The notes under the pieces are model-generated. The model ran no database searches and had not been told where the DNA came from. It saw only the letters and a list, made by a program, of their open reading frames with translations. A DNA stretch of 64,000 bases, taken from assembly GCA_965216325.1 (NCBI GenBank), contig OZ244160.1, forward strand, positions 352,001 to 416,000, given 5' to 3'. This DNA comes from Coraliomargarita sp. (lineage in GTDB: Bacteria > Verrucomicrobiota > Verrucomicrobiia > Opitutales > Coraliomargaritaceae). This document shows positions 35,581 to 48,307 of the stretch, piece after piece (positions within the stretch are counted from its first letter, which is position 1; the number at the start of each line of letters is the position of its first letter). The position numbers and the translations under genes were made by a program.

Positions 35581-36471
35581 TTAAATTCGCTTGTGTTTTT
35601 GCCTATATTGCCGCGGTGACTGACCGTTGATTTTTTTAAAATGTCTAGTGAAATAGTTACTGTCATTAAAGCCGATATTATAGGCGATTTCGGTAATTTG
35701 CATATTTGTGCTTCTTAAAAGGCCCATTGCTTTTTGAATGCGTAAATGAATGAGATAGTCAATGGGAGATTGCTCAGTGGCTTCTTTGAAAATACGCATG
35801 AGGTTACCTTCAGACATGCAAGCGATTTTGGCTAATTCAGCTAATTTCCATTGCTTTTGGTAATTGCCTTCAATTTCTCCTATAACTTCCGTGACTCTTT
35901 GCAATGATTGACCGCGAGCACCAGTATCCATGTGAGCATATTGACGAGAAAGATAAACAATGAGTTCAATAAGTTTAAAATAAAGACTTGCCTCAAAGCC
36001 TTGGTTTTTCTGCTGAGCTTCGGCAATCATTCCGTCCAAAATTGTTTGAACATAGGCTAATCGTTTGCGAGAAAGGTGAAGCATATTCTCATATTTCTGT
36101 TTTAGACTGGATTTAGGAGATAGAATGAACATGGCATGGTAGCCAGGGATTTTTTTCAATTCATCAATGGGCAGTTTGAGTTCATCGACTTTGAACATGA
36201 CATTATAAAAAATGAGTTCATTAAGTTCTTTGAAGTAATGCTCTTGATTACCCTGAACGAGTAGGACATCTCCTGACGTGACGGGAAACTCAATGCCTTC
36301 GACCCAGTGAATACCATCTCCACTGAGAATGATGACTAACTCATGAAAATTATGTGAGTGCTTCTTTTCGGTTAAATCTCGTTCCTCATTAGGATCTCTA
36401 TCAACAACTTTCTTTAAAGTAATGTGATAATTTGTGTCACAAAAGTAATTTTGTCCATTAGCCTGTTGCAT
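35581..36471 (-). CDS. AraC-family regulator (RhaR/RhaS-like)
   Basis: HSHNFHELVIILSGDGIH cupin; C-terminal ITEIAYNIGFNDSNYFTRHFKK. Confidence 0.93.
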   Translation of the reverse strand: MQQANGQNYFCDTNYHITLKKVVDRDPNEERDLTEKKHSHNFHELVIILSGDGIHWVEGIEFPVTSGDVLLVQGNQEHYFKELNELIFYNVMFKVDELKLPIDELKKIPGYHAMFILSPKSSLKQKYENMLHLSRKRLAYVQTILDGMIAEAQQKNQGFEASLYFKLIELIVYLSRQYAHMDTGARGQSLQRVTEVIGEIEGNYQKQWKLAELAKIACMSEGNLMRIFKEATEQSPIDYLIHLRIQKAMGLLRSTNMQITEIAYNIGFNDSNYFTRHFKKINGQSPRQYRQKHKRI

Positions 36472-36510
36472 AGAGTTTTAAACCTCTCTTTTAGAATTGC
36501 TTATGTACCA

Positions 36511-37833
36511 TGATGTGTCCTGAGAAAAATGGACATGGGATTCTCTTAAGTAGAGGATCACATCATGCAAAGATGACGATACACTGCCGAGTTTAAAAAC
36601 GAGGCCGTAAAGATGCTATTAATCGAGGGGCTCTCCGTGAAGGAGGTCTCTGAACAACTCGGGGTTCCGAAGGGGATGCTGTATGCCTGGAAGGCGAAGC
36701 ATCTCGACGATCTGGAAGCACAGACTCCAGAAGGAGCTCAAAGTCCGAAGGCCTTGGCCGCAGAGAACGATCAGCTGCGCAAGGAACTGGCCAAGCAGAA
36801 GCGGATGAATGAGATACTAAAAAAAACGGTCGGCTACTTCAGCAACCCCGAGTGATGCGTTACCGCTGTATTGATAAAGAGAGGGTTCGTTTCGGAGTCG
36901 ACGAACTGTGCGAGTGCTTCGGCCTGGCTCGTAGTGGCTATTACGACTGGCAGGTTCGGGGGCCGAGTGCACGCAGTCTGCAAGACGCGGCCTTCAAAGA
37001 GCGCATCGTAGAGATCCACAAGCTGGCGCGTGGTCGTTACGGACATCGACCGATCCATGATCATCTCAAGGACGAAGAGCTGGACTGCGGTCGGGACAGA
37101 ACACTTAGACTCATGAAGGAACTGGGTATCGAAGGTAAGCAGCAGAAAGGCTTCAAACCACTTGGAACGAACAGTAAGCACAACTTTGGCTATAGTCCGA
37201 ACCTCTTGAAGCAACTCGGAGCACCCACGCGCTGCGATCAAGTCTGGGTTGCGGACACGACCTATCTTCGGGTGCAACACGGCTGGTGTTATCTGGCTAC
37301 AGTAATGGACCTGTATAGTCGCCGGATCATCGGCTGGAGTGTCTCTTCGCGCAATGACTCAAAGTTGGTTTGCCAAGCGCTACAGGCTGCCGTGCTGACC
37401 CGCGGCGGCGAACTGCCAAAGGGACTGATCCATCACAGTGACCGTGGAAGCACGTATGCCAGCTACGATTACGAAGCCATGTTGAAGTGCTTCGGAATCG
37501 AGCAGAGCATGAGCGCTAAAGGCAACTGCTATGACAATGCCGCTCAGGAATCCTTCTATGGTCGATACAAGACATCAACAGTCGGCGATGAAGTCTTCTT
37601 CGACGAAAATGCTGCCCGCAGCAACGCCTTCGAGTATATCGAAGTGTTCTATAACCGCTTCCGGAAACACTCTTCGCTGGGCTATAAAACCCCGATTCAG
37701 TTCGAGGAAAAATCCGCGCCCCCCATGGGGGGCATCAACACAAGCCTAACGGCTTGCATCAATTACAACTAGTCCATAAGCACCAACCATCAAAATAACG
37801 GAATCCTCTGTCCAACAATCTCAGGGCACATCA
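36511..37833 (+). mobile_element. IS3-family element, full length, orfA carrying a nonsense codon
   Basis: IRs TGATGTGTCCTGAGA / TCTCAGGGCACATCA; orfA from ATG 36565 (TGA at codon 4), A8 slippery run 36819-36826, orfB 36852-37772 with VWVADTT, HHSDRGSTY, DNAAQESF; no target duplication. Confidence 0.93.
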
Positions 37834-38718
37834 GAAACCTATTACCAGGCGGATCATCAGCACAGCTGTTCGGTAATCAACGGAATTGGCCGTATCGGAT
37901 ATATGTGGGGCGGTAAGTCTGCATTGTGGAATGATGAAACGATGGCCGATGAATTTGTTAATCAGGCAAAGAAATATATATCTTCAAAAAAGGATAAGCC
38001 GTTCTTTCTCTACTTTTCATCACAGGATATTCATGTGCCACGCGCACCGCATCCTCGTTTTCAGGGCAAGACAAAGCTCAGTCACCGTGGCGATGCGATG
38101 GTCCAGTTTGACTGGAGTGTCGGCGAAATTATGAGATCCCTCGAGGAAAATGGCATCAAAGATAATACCATTGTAATCTTCTCAAGTGATAACGGCCCGG
38201 TTTACGATGACGGATACAAAGACGGAACAACAGTTCGCACGTCAACTAAGGAGTCAGATGGCGGCCATGACGGATCGCGCCCATACCGTAGCGGAAAGTA
38301 CCAGATCTATGAAGGTGGTACCCGTGTGCCGTTTATTATCAGCTGGCCGGCTCAAATAAAACCAGGTAAATCATCGGCATTGGTTAATCAGATCGATTTT
38401 ATGGCTTCTCTGGGGAAACTGATCGGCGTTGAACTTGCTGATAACGAAGCGCGTGACAGCCGCGATATTCTGGGCACGTTTCTTGGAAAGAATGAGACAG
38501 GAGTTCCATATATGATTGAAGAAGCAAATGGGCTTGCTCTCCGCCGTGGTGACTGGAAATATATTGCCCCAAGGGGAGGGGGAAAGAATAAAGGACAAGG
38601 TCAGCTTTATAACCTCGGGTCTGATATTGGTGAGCGGAATAATATAATCAAAAGCAATCCGGAAGTTGCCAAAGAGATGTCAAGCATTTTGGAGAAGATT
38701 AAAAAAGAGGGGTATTAG
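37834..38718 (+). pseudogene. 5'-truncated arylsulfatase
   Basis: Frame open from the IS3 end: NGIGRIGYMWGG, SSDNGP, YEGGTRVP; the catalytic CxPxR half is missing. Confidence 0.85.
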
Positions 38719-38787
38719 TAGCTCTTTCAGGTCGTTTCTATTATTTACCATGACTGGTGAATAATACAAATAATTACAATAGGTAAA

Positions 38788-38806
38788 CCTCCGGGTCTCC
38801 CGGAGG
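38788..38806. terminator. Perfect 8-bp GC hairpin between convergent genes
   Basis: CCTCCGGG-TCT-CCCGGAGG. Confidence 0.45.
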
Positions 38807-38915
38807 ACTAACAGAGTTTTACTTATGCGGCAGTGTTCAATTTTATTAAATAAAGATTGAAAATTACTTTTAACCACGCGCTACGCCTCGAACGCCGGAC
38901 TGGAAATGGACATCG

Positions 38916-39030
38916 AAAAGCGGTTTCGAAAACCGCACTCCAAAGCGAACGTTGTTCGCCATTCCCATGGACGTACAGATTTTGCTGAGCGAAGCGAGGC
39001 TTTGGAGTGCGCGTGCTACGCACCGCTTTT
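38916..39030. repeat. Inverted pair of REP-like palindromic units
   Basis: AAAAGCGGT...CGCACTCCAAAGC at 38916-38946 and an inverted copy at 38999-39030. Confidence 0.7.
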
Positions 39031-39068
39031 AGATACATACCCGACTGTTTTTAGCCGCACCCCAAAAA

Positions 39069-39269
39069 TCACTTTTGGGTGGCCTTCTTCTTTTTAAAGT
39101 AACGCACGTAATCGATTTCGTAACGGGCTTTCTGTAGCTTGGGATCGATTGTACCACCCCAGGCGCCGCCCATGGCCAGATTGAGTAAGAGGTAGGGAGG
39201 CTTGCGAAAGGGATTGGAACCATCGGCTTGATTGGCGAGCTCGTTGCCAGTTTTTTGAACCCGCCTCAT
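39069..39269 (-). pseudogene. Internally deleted GH16 gene
   Basis: GGAGG + ATG followed almost at once by the GH16 C-terminus NPFRKPPYLLLNLAMGGAWGG...YEIDYVRYF. Confidence 0.75.
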
Positions 39270-39280
39270 AAACCTCCAAC

Positions 39281-42805
<3,525 letters not shown>

Positions 42806-42931
42806 TTAGATGGGGATGTCCCATCCAAACACCTTATAGTCTAAATATTTCATTTTTACTTGGAAAGGGGCAGTACTTTTGCCCATTTGCAGTAATCCAT
42901 GAAATATTGTGCATTAAATTCCCCCGAGAGG

Positions 42932-42957
42932 GCTACCTACCGAAAAGCGGTAGATAG
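42932..42957 (-). terminator. Intergenic hairpin after the 1314-aa gene
   Basis: CTACCTACCG-AAAAG-CGGTAGATAG. Confidence 0.45.
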
Positions 42958-42965
42958 AGCTTGTT

Positions 42966-45900
42966 TTATTTAACTAACATTGGCTTGTCTTTGACAATGA
43001 ACTGACATTCGAGCCAAGGTGATTGTTTTTGTTCTTCAGCGTTGATGACGACACGGTTGTTTCCTTTTGCGGCAACAAAGGTGTTCTTTACAACCGGCAG
43101 ATCTTTGAGCTTATTCCAATTCTGGTCATAGACGCCAGCGCTTGATCCCCCCTTGAACCAAAGGTACTGATCCGTTTTAATACTGCCCTTGACCTGCAGG
43201 CTGCCTTTTCCGATCTTGATCTCCGGGTTCTTAAGTTCAGTTGCCTGCTCCACAAGTAATCTTAGATTGGATACTTGAATATCGATGTTTGTTTCTTTTG
43301 GAATCATTCCCAAGCCAAGGCTTACCTGGGAAACTGAAGCATAGTTCATATGCTTGGTTCCGAAGCGCCAACCCCATCGCAAATCACTCCAGGATACTTC
43401 ACCGCAGGGGATCACGACATCTTTCTTTCCTTTAAAATCTATGGGAACAATATAATCGCGATGGCCCCCGGCAAACACCTGTACCACCAGCACGGCTCCG
43501 CTTCCATCACCGTCAACGGTTAAGCCGATTCCACGTGCACCCCGCATACTACCGCTTGCCCGCCAACTTGGGAATTTTTCGTTCTTTATGACTTGGGATC
43601 TTTGATTGTTATAACGCAAGCGCAACGCATTGCCTGCATCCGAGAATTGATAGTCACCCAGATTTCTGATTTGTCTAGCCTTTGGCTGCAATGTGTAACT
43701 TGGAGAAACCGGTTGCATACTCACTTTGGGCCAGACGCTCTTCCCAAAGGTAGCAACAATATGGGCACCTTTCCATTTTGAATCATCGAATTTAATTTGA
43801 TTCCATTCACTCTGTGATTTTGAACTGGTCAACCAGGTCTTATCCGTAAGAAAACTAAGCGTTTCTTTACCGGTCTCGATCGTTATTGCACCAGTAAAGC
43901 AGCCATCTCCGGCAGTGTTGTGTACCTTGGCTGCAAGGAGATTATCCCCTTTTTTGAGGTATTTATGCACGTCCACTATATATCCGGATTCCCACCCACC
44001 CATATGGGTAGCTTGATGTCCATTTACAAATACTTCTACGGAATCATCGGCATGAAAAAACAAAAAGCCTGACACGGGTTGCTCTTTTAGGGTGAATTTT
44101 TTCCTCATCCAGCAATGACCCACTTTAGGTTCACCGCCAGCGACCCAGATATGCTTCGCGCTTTCAAGTGGGTGCCGTTCCTTTTTCAGTCCGGCTCCGA
44201 TATTATAGGTGCTAATCGCATCATTTGCTTTTTTATTAATCTCTTGTCTTTTTTGAGGCGAATTAGTTTGACCCTCTCCTTGTGCGGGAAGCACTCGAAC
44301 AATAACTTCTGGCTCGGACTCTGGATATGGATTGTTCAGCTCCAAGGCGTCTCCGGACTGCACGTATTGTCGGGGAGTTATCGCGCCGAATTCTGAGCCT
44401 GTGGCCCATGGAATTTCAATCCCCTCACGACGCATCAATTGTTTGGGAGTGATTGCATATCCAAGGTCAGTCTTGTCGATATCAAAAATTTCATGGGTAG
44501 CAGATCGATGATAAAGTACTTCTCGCTTGCTTAGAATTCGTTTGCGCTGGGTGTCGTCCAGAAGCTTAGTTGCTTTTTTCCAGTGGTTTTGTTTTTCTAT
44601 AAACGTATCTACTAATCCATGGCTGGAAAGAATGTCACGGGTGATACCGAACATGGGCTCATTCTTCTGCATCGAATATGTCAGTTGTCCGTGAGCCGCG
44701 GCGGCAGACCATGTTGGACTATTGTCATATGGCCCGGTAGACACACGAGCATGATAGTCAAGGTTTATGCCGAACGTTGAGCCTGTGCGGTTTTTCACAA
44801 CGCCCTGGGATGACCGGAATTTATACTCCATTTGGCTGGGCATTGGACCACCTCCGGAGTTATTGCTGGTCACCATATGGCCAAGGTTCTTATAGACGTA
44901 CTCGGTAAATTTATGATACCCCCAGGGGTTTTCTGCACGATGCACTTCCCCTCCATCCTGTTCGCAATGAGTGACACCGTTGCGCTCACAGAATTCTGCA
45001 TAGCGTCTGGCGACCTCTTCGACCAAATCGGTGTCATTGCCGGGGACAAAAACAATACCGTATGACTTGAGTAAGCCCTTTGCTTTTGTCCCGACCTTAT
45101 GCTCAGAGGCTTTTGTATGATAACTACCGCGGTTGCAGTTATTCAATTTCCAAACACCGGTATCTGTCTCGGAAAAACTCTTTACTGCTATAAGCTCATC
45201 CCCAATCTGAAAGGTGTTGATATTGTTCCAGGGCTCAACACTTTCAGGACCTGCTATTGCTCTTTCAATAGTCGGCAACTCTGAACCAGGAGGTGCTTTG
45301 AAGTAAAGTGTTTTGTCGGTCGCAGAAGCTGGTTTTGCCAGTGTGCCGTTGATCCAACCTGCAAGTCTCGGGTCTATCGTAGGCTTGATATAGTCCGGGT
45401 CGGCATTGGCAATAGGACAGCTGAGAGTGTGAATGGCTAAACCTATGTTTTTTTCTTTTAAATATCCTGAGAAACGTTGAAAATCTTTTTCCCCATTAGG
45501 AAATATTTTGGGGTTAACGGTTAAAAAACCTCTTTGGGTGGGCCAGTATTCATCTCGCCAGGTATCTGTGTGCAGGTAGATCTCTTTCATGTCGAGTTGT
45601 TCTGCCTTATCTGCAAGATAAAAGAGGTCATCCATGGAATGGGCCGTTAGAAGAAAACGGCTCCGGTCCATATTTTTTTTCTGCCATTCTTTCACCCATT
45701 GTTTTGACCTTTCAACGGTCCACTCTCCTTTTATTTTGGGGTGAGGCAGGTTTTCCTTCACCCAGATATGGTGAAGCGCTTCATCGTATTCATCATCTGT
45801 TGCTGCAGGTATAAATGCGAAACCACCACGGGGAAGGTCTTTCCCTGTGGCCCACATCCATTTCCATCTGACGTGAGCTTCCCCCCAGGGTTTTTTTTCG

Positions 45901-46910
45901 CAATCGGTCATGTAGTCGAGCGGAAAGAGATTGGCAGCCCGTTCGAGATGACTGGAGAAGCCGAAAGTTGTTAAATCACTGCTATGGAAGCCCTTTGTAT
46001 TTAGGATTTTAAATGCAAGGTAATGCTCTTCTGCTTTTACTTCAAAGAGCACAGCAAATGGGCCATTCGTAAGTAAAAGTTTACCGTTTTTAAATTGGGC
46101 ATTGCCAAGTCGATAGTTTTCAAAGGCCTTAGTTTCATGATTAAATCCGCTGACTTGGAATTCAGGTAAATCCTTGTTCTTTTTAATTAATTCTTTTCCG
46201 CCATACTTAAATGATGTGAATTGACCATTATTACTGATTTCCAGGGAGTACCTACTTGTTTCTATACGGATGGGGTCTGCCTTGGATTTTACTACTTTTT
46301 GTACTTTTTTATACCATTTACCTTTCACCAACTTTGCCTTGAGGTCATTCCACTTTGCTTTGCCCGGCACCTTAATACTTTGTGAGCTTGGAATCAGTGC
46401 AAAGCTACCCATTGGAACCGTTTCACTTCTTTTCCATAACCAGGGCAGGGATACTTCTATACCCTTCTCAGCCTTATCACATTCTGTTACATAGTCGAGG
46501 GGGACTGCTTTAAGCGATGCGTCACAGTTAAGTCCCAATTTCAGCCAGAGTTGATTTTTCTTTGAAAGCCCTTGCACGCGTTTTACACTAAAAACAAGTC
46601 CACCATGCTTTTCTGTCACTTCAATCGTGATGCTGATGTGGTTATTTTTTGCTATTAAGTTGCTACCATCGTAGCTTAGTTGATTGAGATGAATGCTTAG
46701 TGGGCGAAACTCGTTGTACGCAAAACCACACACTTCAAACCCTTTACCAGGATCACGAACATTGAGTAATTCTTTGCCATGGTGGGTGAGGGACTCTGGC
46801 TTACCATCTGACGCAAATTTCATCGTCATATTTGCCGTTTTTATTTCAGTGGCATTGACGTATGAGAACGCCATAGCGATCATTGCGAGTTGTAATAGTA
46901 ATCTTTTCAT
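42966..46910 (-). CDS. Large secreted hypothetical protein (candidate glycoside hydrolase) with a galactose-binding-like module
   Basis: Signal peptide; duplicated N-terminal domain; core homologous to 61898-64000; HADDSVEVFVNG...LKKGDNLLA...TDKTW...FDDSKW module. Confidence 0.75.
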   Translation of the reverse strand: MKRLLLQLAMIAMAFSYVNATEIKTANMTMKFASDGKPESLTHHGKELLNVRDPGKGFEVCGFAYNEFRPLSIHLNQLSYDGSNLIAKNNHISITIEVTEKHGGLVFSVKRVQGLSKKNQLWLKLGLNCDASLKAVPLDYVTECDKAEKGIEVSLPWLWKRSETVPMGSFALIPSSQSIKVPGKAKWNDLKAKLVKGKWYKKVQKVVKSKADPIRIETSRYSLEISNNGQFTSFKYGGKELIKKNKDLPEFQVSGFNHETKAFENYRLGNAQFKNGKLLLTNGPFAVLFEVKAEEHYLAFKILNTKGFHSSDLTTFGFSSHLERAANLFPLDYMTDCEKKPWGEAHVRWKWMWATGKDLPRGGFAFIPAATDDEYDEALHHIWVKENLPHPKIKGEWTVERSKQWVKEWQKKNMDRSRFLLTAHSMDDLFYLADKAEQLDMKEIYLHTDTWRDEYWPTQRGFLTVNPKIFPNGEKDFQRFSGYLKEKNIGLAIHTLSCPIANADPDYIKPTIDPRLAGWINGTLAKPASATDKTLYFKAPPGSELPTIERAIAGPESVEPWNNINTFQIGDELIAVKSFSETDTGVWKLNNCNRGSYHTKASEHKVGTKAKGLLKSYGIVFVPGNDTDLVEEVARRYAEFCERNGVTHCEQDGGEVHRAENPWGYHKFTEYVYKNLGHMVTSNNSGGGPMPSQMEYKFRSSQGVVKNRTGSTFGINLDYHARVSTGPYDNSPTWSAAAAHGQLTYSMQKNEPMFGITRDILSSHGLVDTFIEKQNHWKKATKLLDDTQRKRILSKREVLYHRSATHEIFDIDKTDLGYAITPKQLMRREGIEIPWATGSEFGAITPRQYVQSGDALELNNPYPESEPEVIVRVLPAQGEGQTNSPQKRQEINKKANDAISTYNIGAGLKKERHPLESAKHIWVAGGEPKVGHCWMRKKFTLKEQPVSGFLFFHADDSVEVFVNGHQATHMGGWESGYIVDVHKYLKKGDNLLAAKVHNTAGDGCFTGAITIETGKETLSFLTDKTWLTSSKSQSEWNQIKFDDSKWKGAHIVATFGKSVWPKVSMQPVSPSYTLQPKARQIRNLGDYQFSDAGNALRLRYNNQRSQVIKNEKFPSWRASGSMRGARGIGLTVDGDGSGAVLVVQVFAGGHRDYIVPIDFKGKKDVVIPCGEVSWSDLRWGWRFGTKHMNYASVSQVSLGLGMIPKETNIDIQVSNLRLLVEQATELKNPEIKIGKGSLQVKGSIKTDQYLWFKGGSSAGVYDQNWNKLKDLPVVKNTFVAAKGNNRVVINAEEQKQSPWLECQFIVKDKPMLVK

Positions 46911-46916
46911 TTTTGA

Positions 46917-48217
46917 GGCTATTCGTAAAATCTTGTGAAGGAAGCGGTATAGATGTTCAAGACAGAGATGACATCACAGGAAGAACACTACGAGCAACTA
47001 TTGGGTTTGAGCGGAGCTTGGAAGGTATCCGCAGTGCAATTGGATTTAGGAGCTAAGCGTGTAGTGGTCGAGATTTACTATGACTTGTCACAGTCGCTGG
47101 AGTGTCCTGAGTGCGGAGGAGTCTGCCCTCACTATGACGACCGGGAGATGCGTGAATGGCGTCACCTGGACACAATGCAGTTTGAAACGATCCTGCGCTG
47201 TGAGGTGCCTCGCTGCAATTGCCCGGAACATGGCGTGAAGACCGTTCGTGTGCCTTGGGCAGGGAAAGGCTCAAGATTTACTCTGCTGTTCGAGTCCTTT
47301 GCCATAGACGTGCTTCAGGCCTGTTCGAGCGTGAAGGCCGCAGCTGAGTCAATGGGGCTAAACTGGCATCAGGTAAATGAGATCAGGCGTCGTGCAGTGG
47401 CCAGGGGGCTGGAGCGAAGACAGGCCGTGCCAGTCAATTACTTGGGCATTGATGAGAAGAGTTTTCGCAAGGGACACAACTACATCAGTCTGTTGACCGA
47501 TCTGGATCGCAGTCGGGTTCTGGATGTCGCCGAAGGTCGCGACGAGTCGGCATGCGACAAGCTCTTTGAGGGGCTAACCGAAGAGCAGCTAAAGGTAGTC
47601 AAAGCAGTCGCTATGGATATGTGGCGTGCCTATATCAAGGCCGCTGAATCCCACTTACCCGATGCGGACATCGTGCATGACCGCTTCCACATCAGCGCGC
47701 ACCTGAATCAGGCAATCGACAAGGTGCGTCGGCAAGAACACAAAGTCCTCTCCAGCCAGAACGACGACACGCTCAAGAAGAGTAAATATCTCTGGCTGAC
47801 GGGCTTTGAGAACCTCAGCGAAGAGATGCAGGTTCGCTTTGACCAGCTGCAGTCGCTCGGGTTGAAGGTGGGTCGTGCCTACGCGATCAAGGAAACCTTC
47901 GACCACTTTTGGGACTACACGTATCCGGCCTGCGCACGGAAGTTCTTTAACAAGTGGTATGGGTGGGCTCGCCGCAGCAAACTCGACCCCGTCAAACGCG
48001 TCGCCAAAATGATCAAAGAACACTTCGAGAACATCATCACCTATCTGAAACACCGAATCACCAATGCGGCAACAGAAGGCTTTAACGGTGTTATCCAAAG
48101 CATCAAAGCAAACGCCAGAGGCTTCAGGAGCTTTGAGAACTACAGAGTCGCCATCCTGTTCCAATGCGGAAAACTAGACCTCAACCCCTGATTCCTCACA
48201 GGAATTTACGAAGAACC
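46917..48217 (+). mobile_element. Intact ISL3-family element, transposase 46953-48191
   Basis: IRs GGCTATTCGTAAAAT / ATTTACGAAGAACC; 8-bp TSD ATTTTTGA; CPECG, WRHLD, GIDEKS, MDMW, DRFH, TNAATEGFN. Confidence 0.96.
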
Positions 48218-48307
48218 ATTTTTGATTACCCTCAGGTGGTCTCATTCTTTAGACAGGCGACCCCTGCGTTGCCTTTTGTTTAATGGAAGGGGAGGCTGTC
48301 AGTTAAC

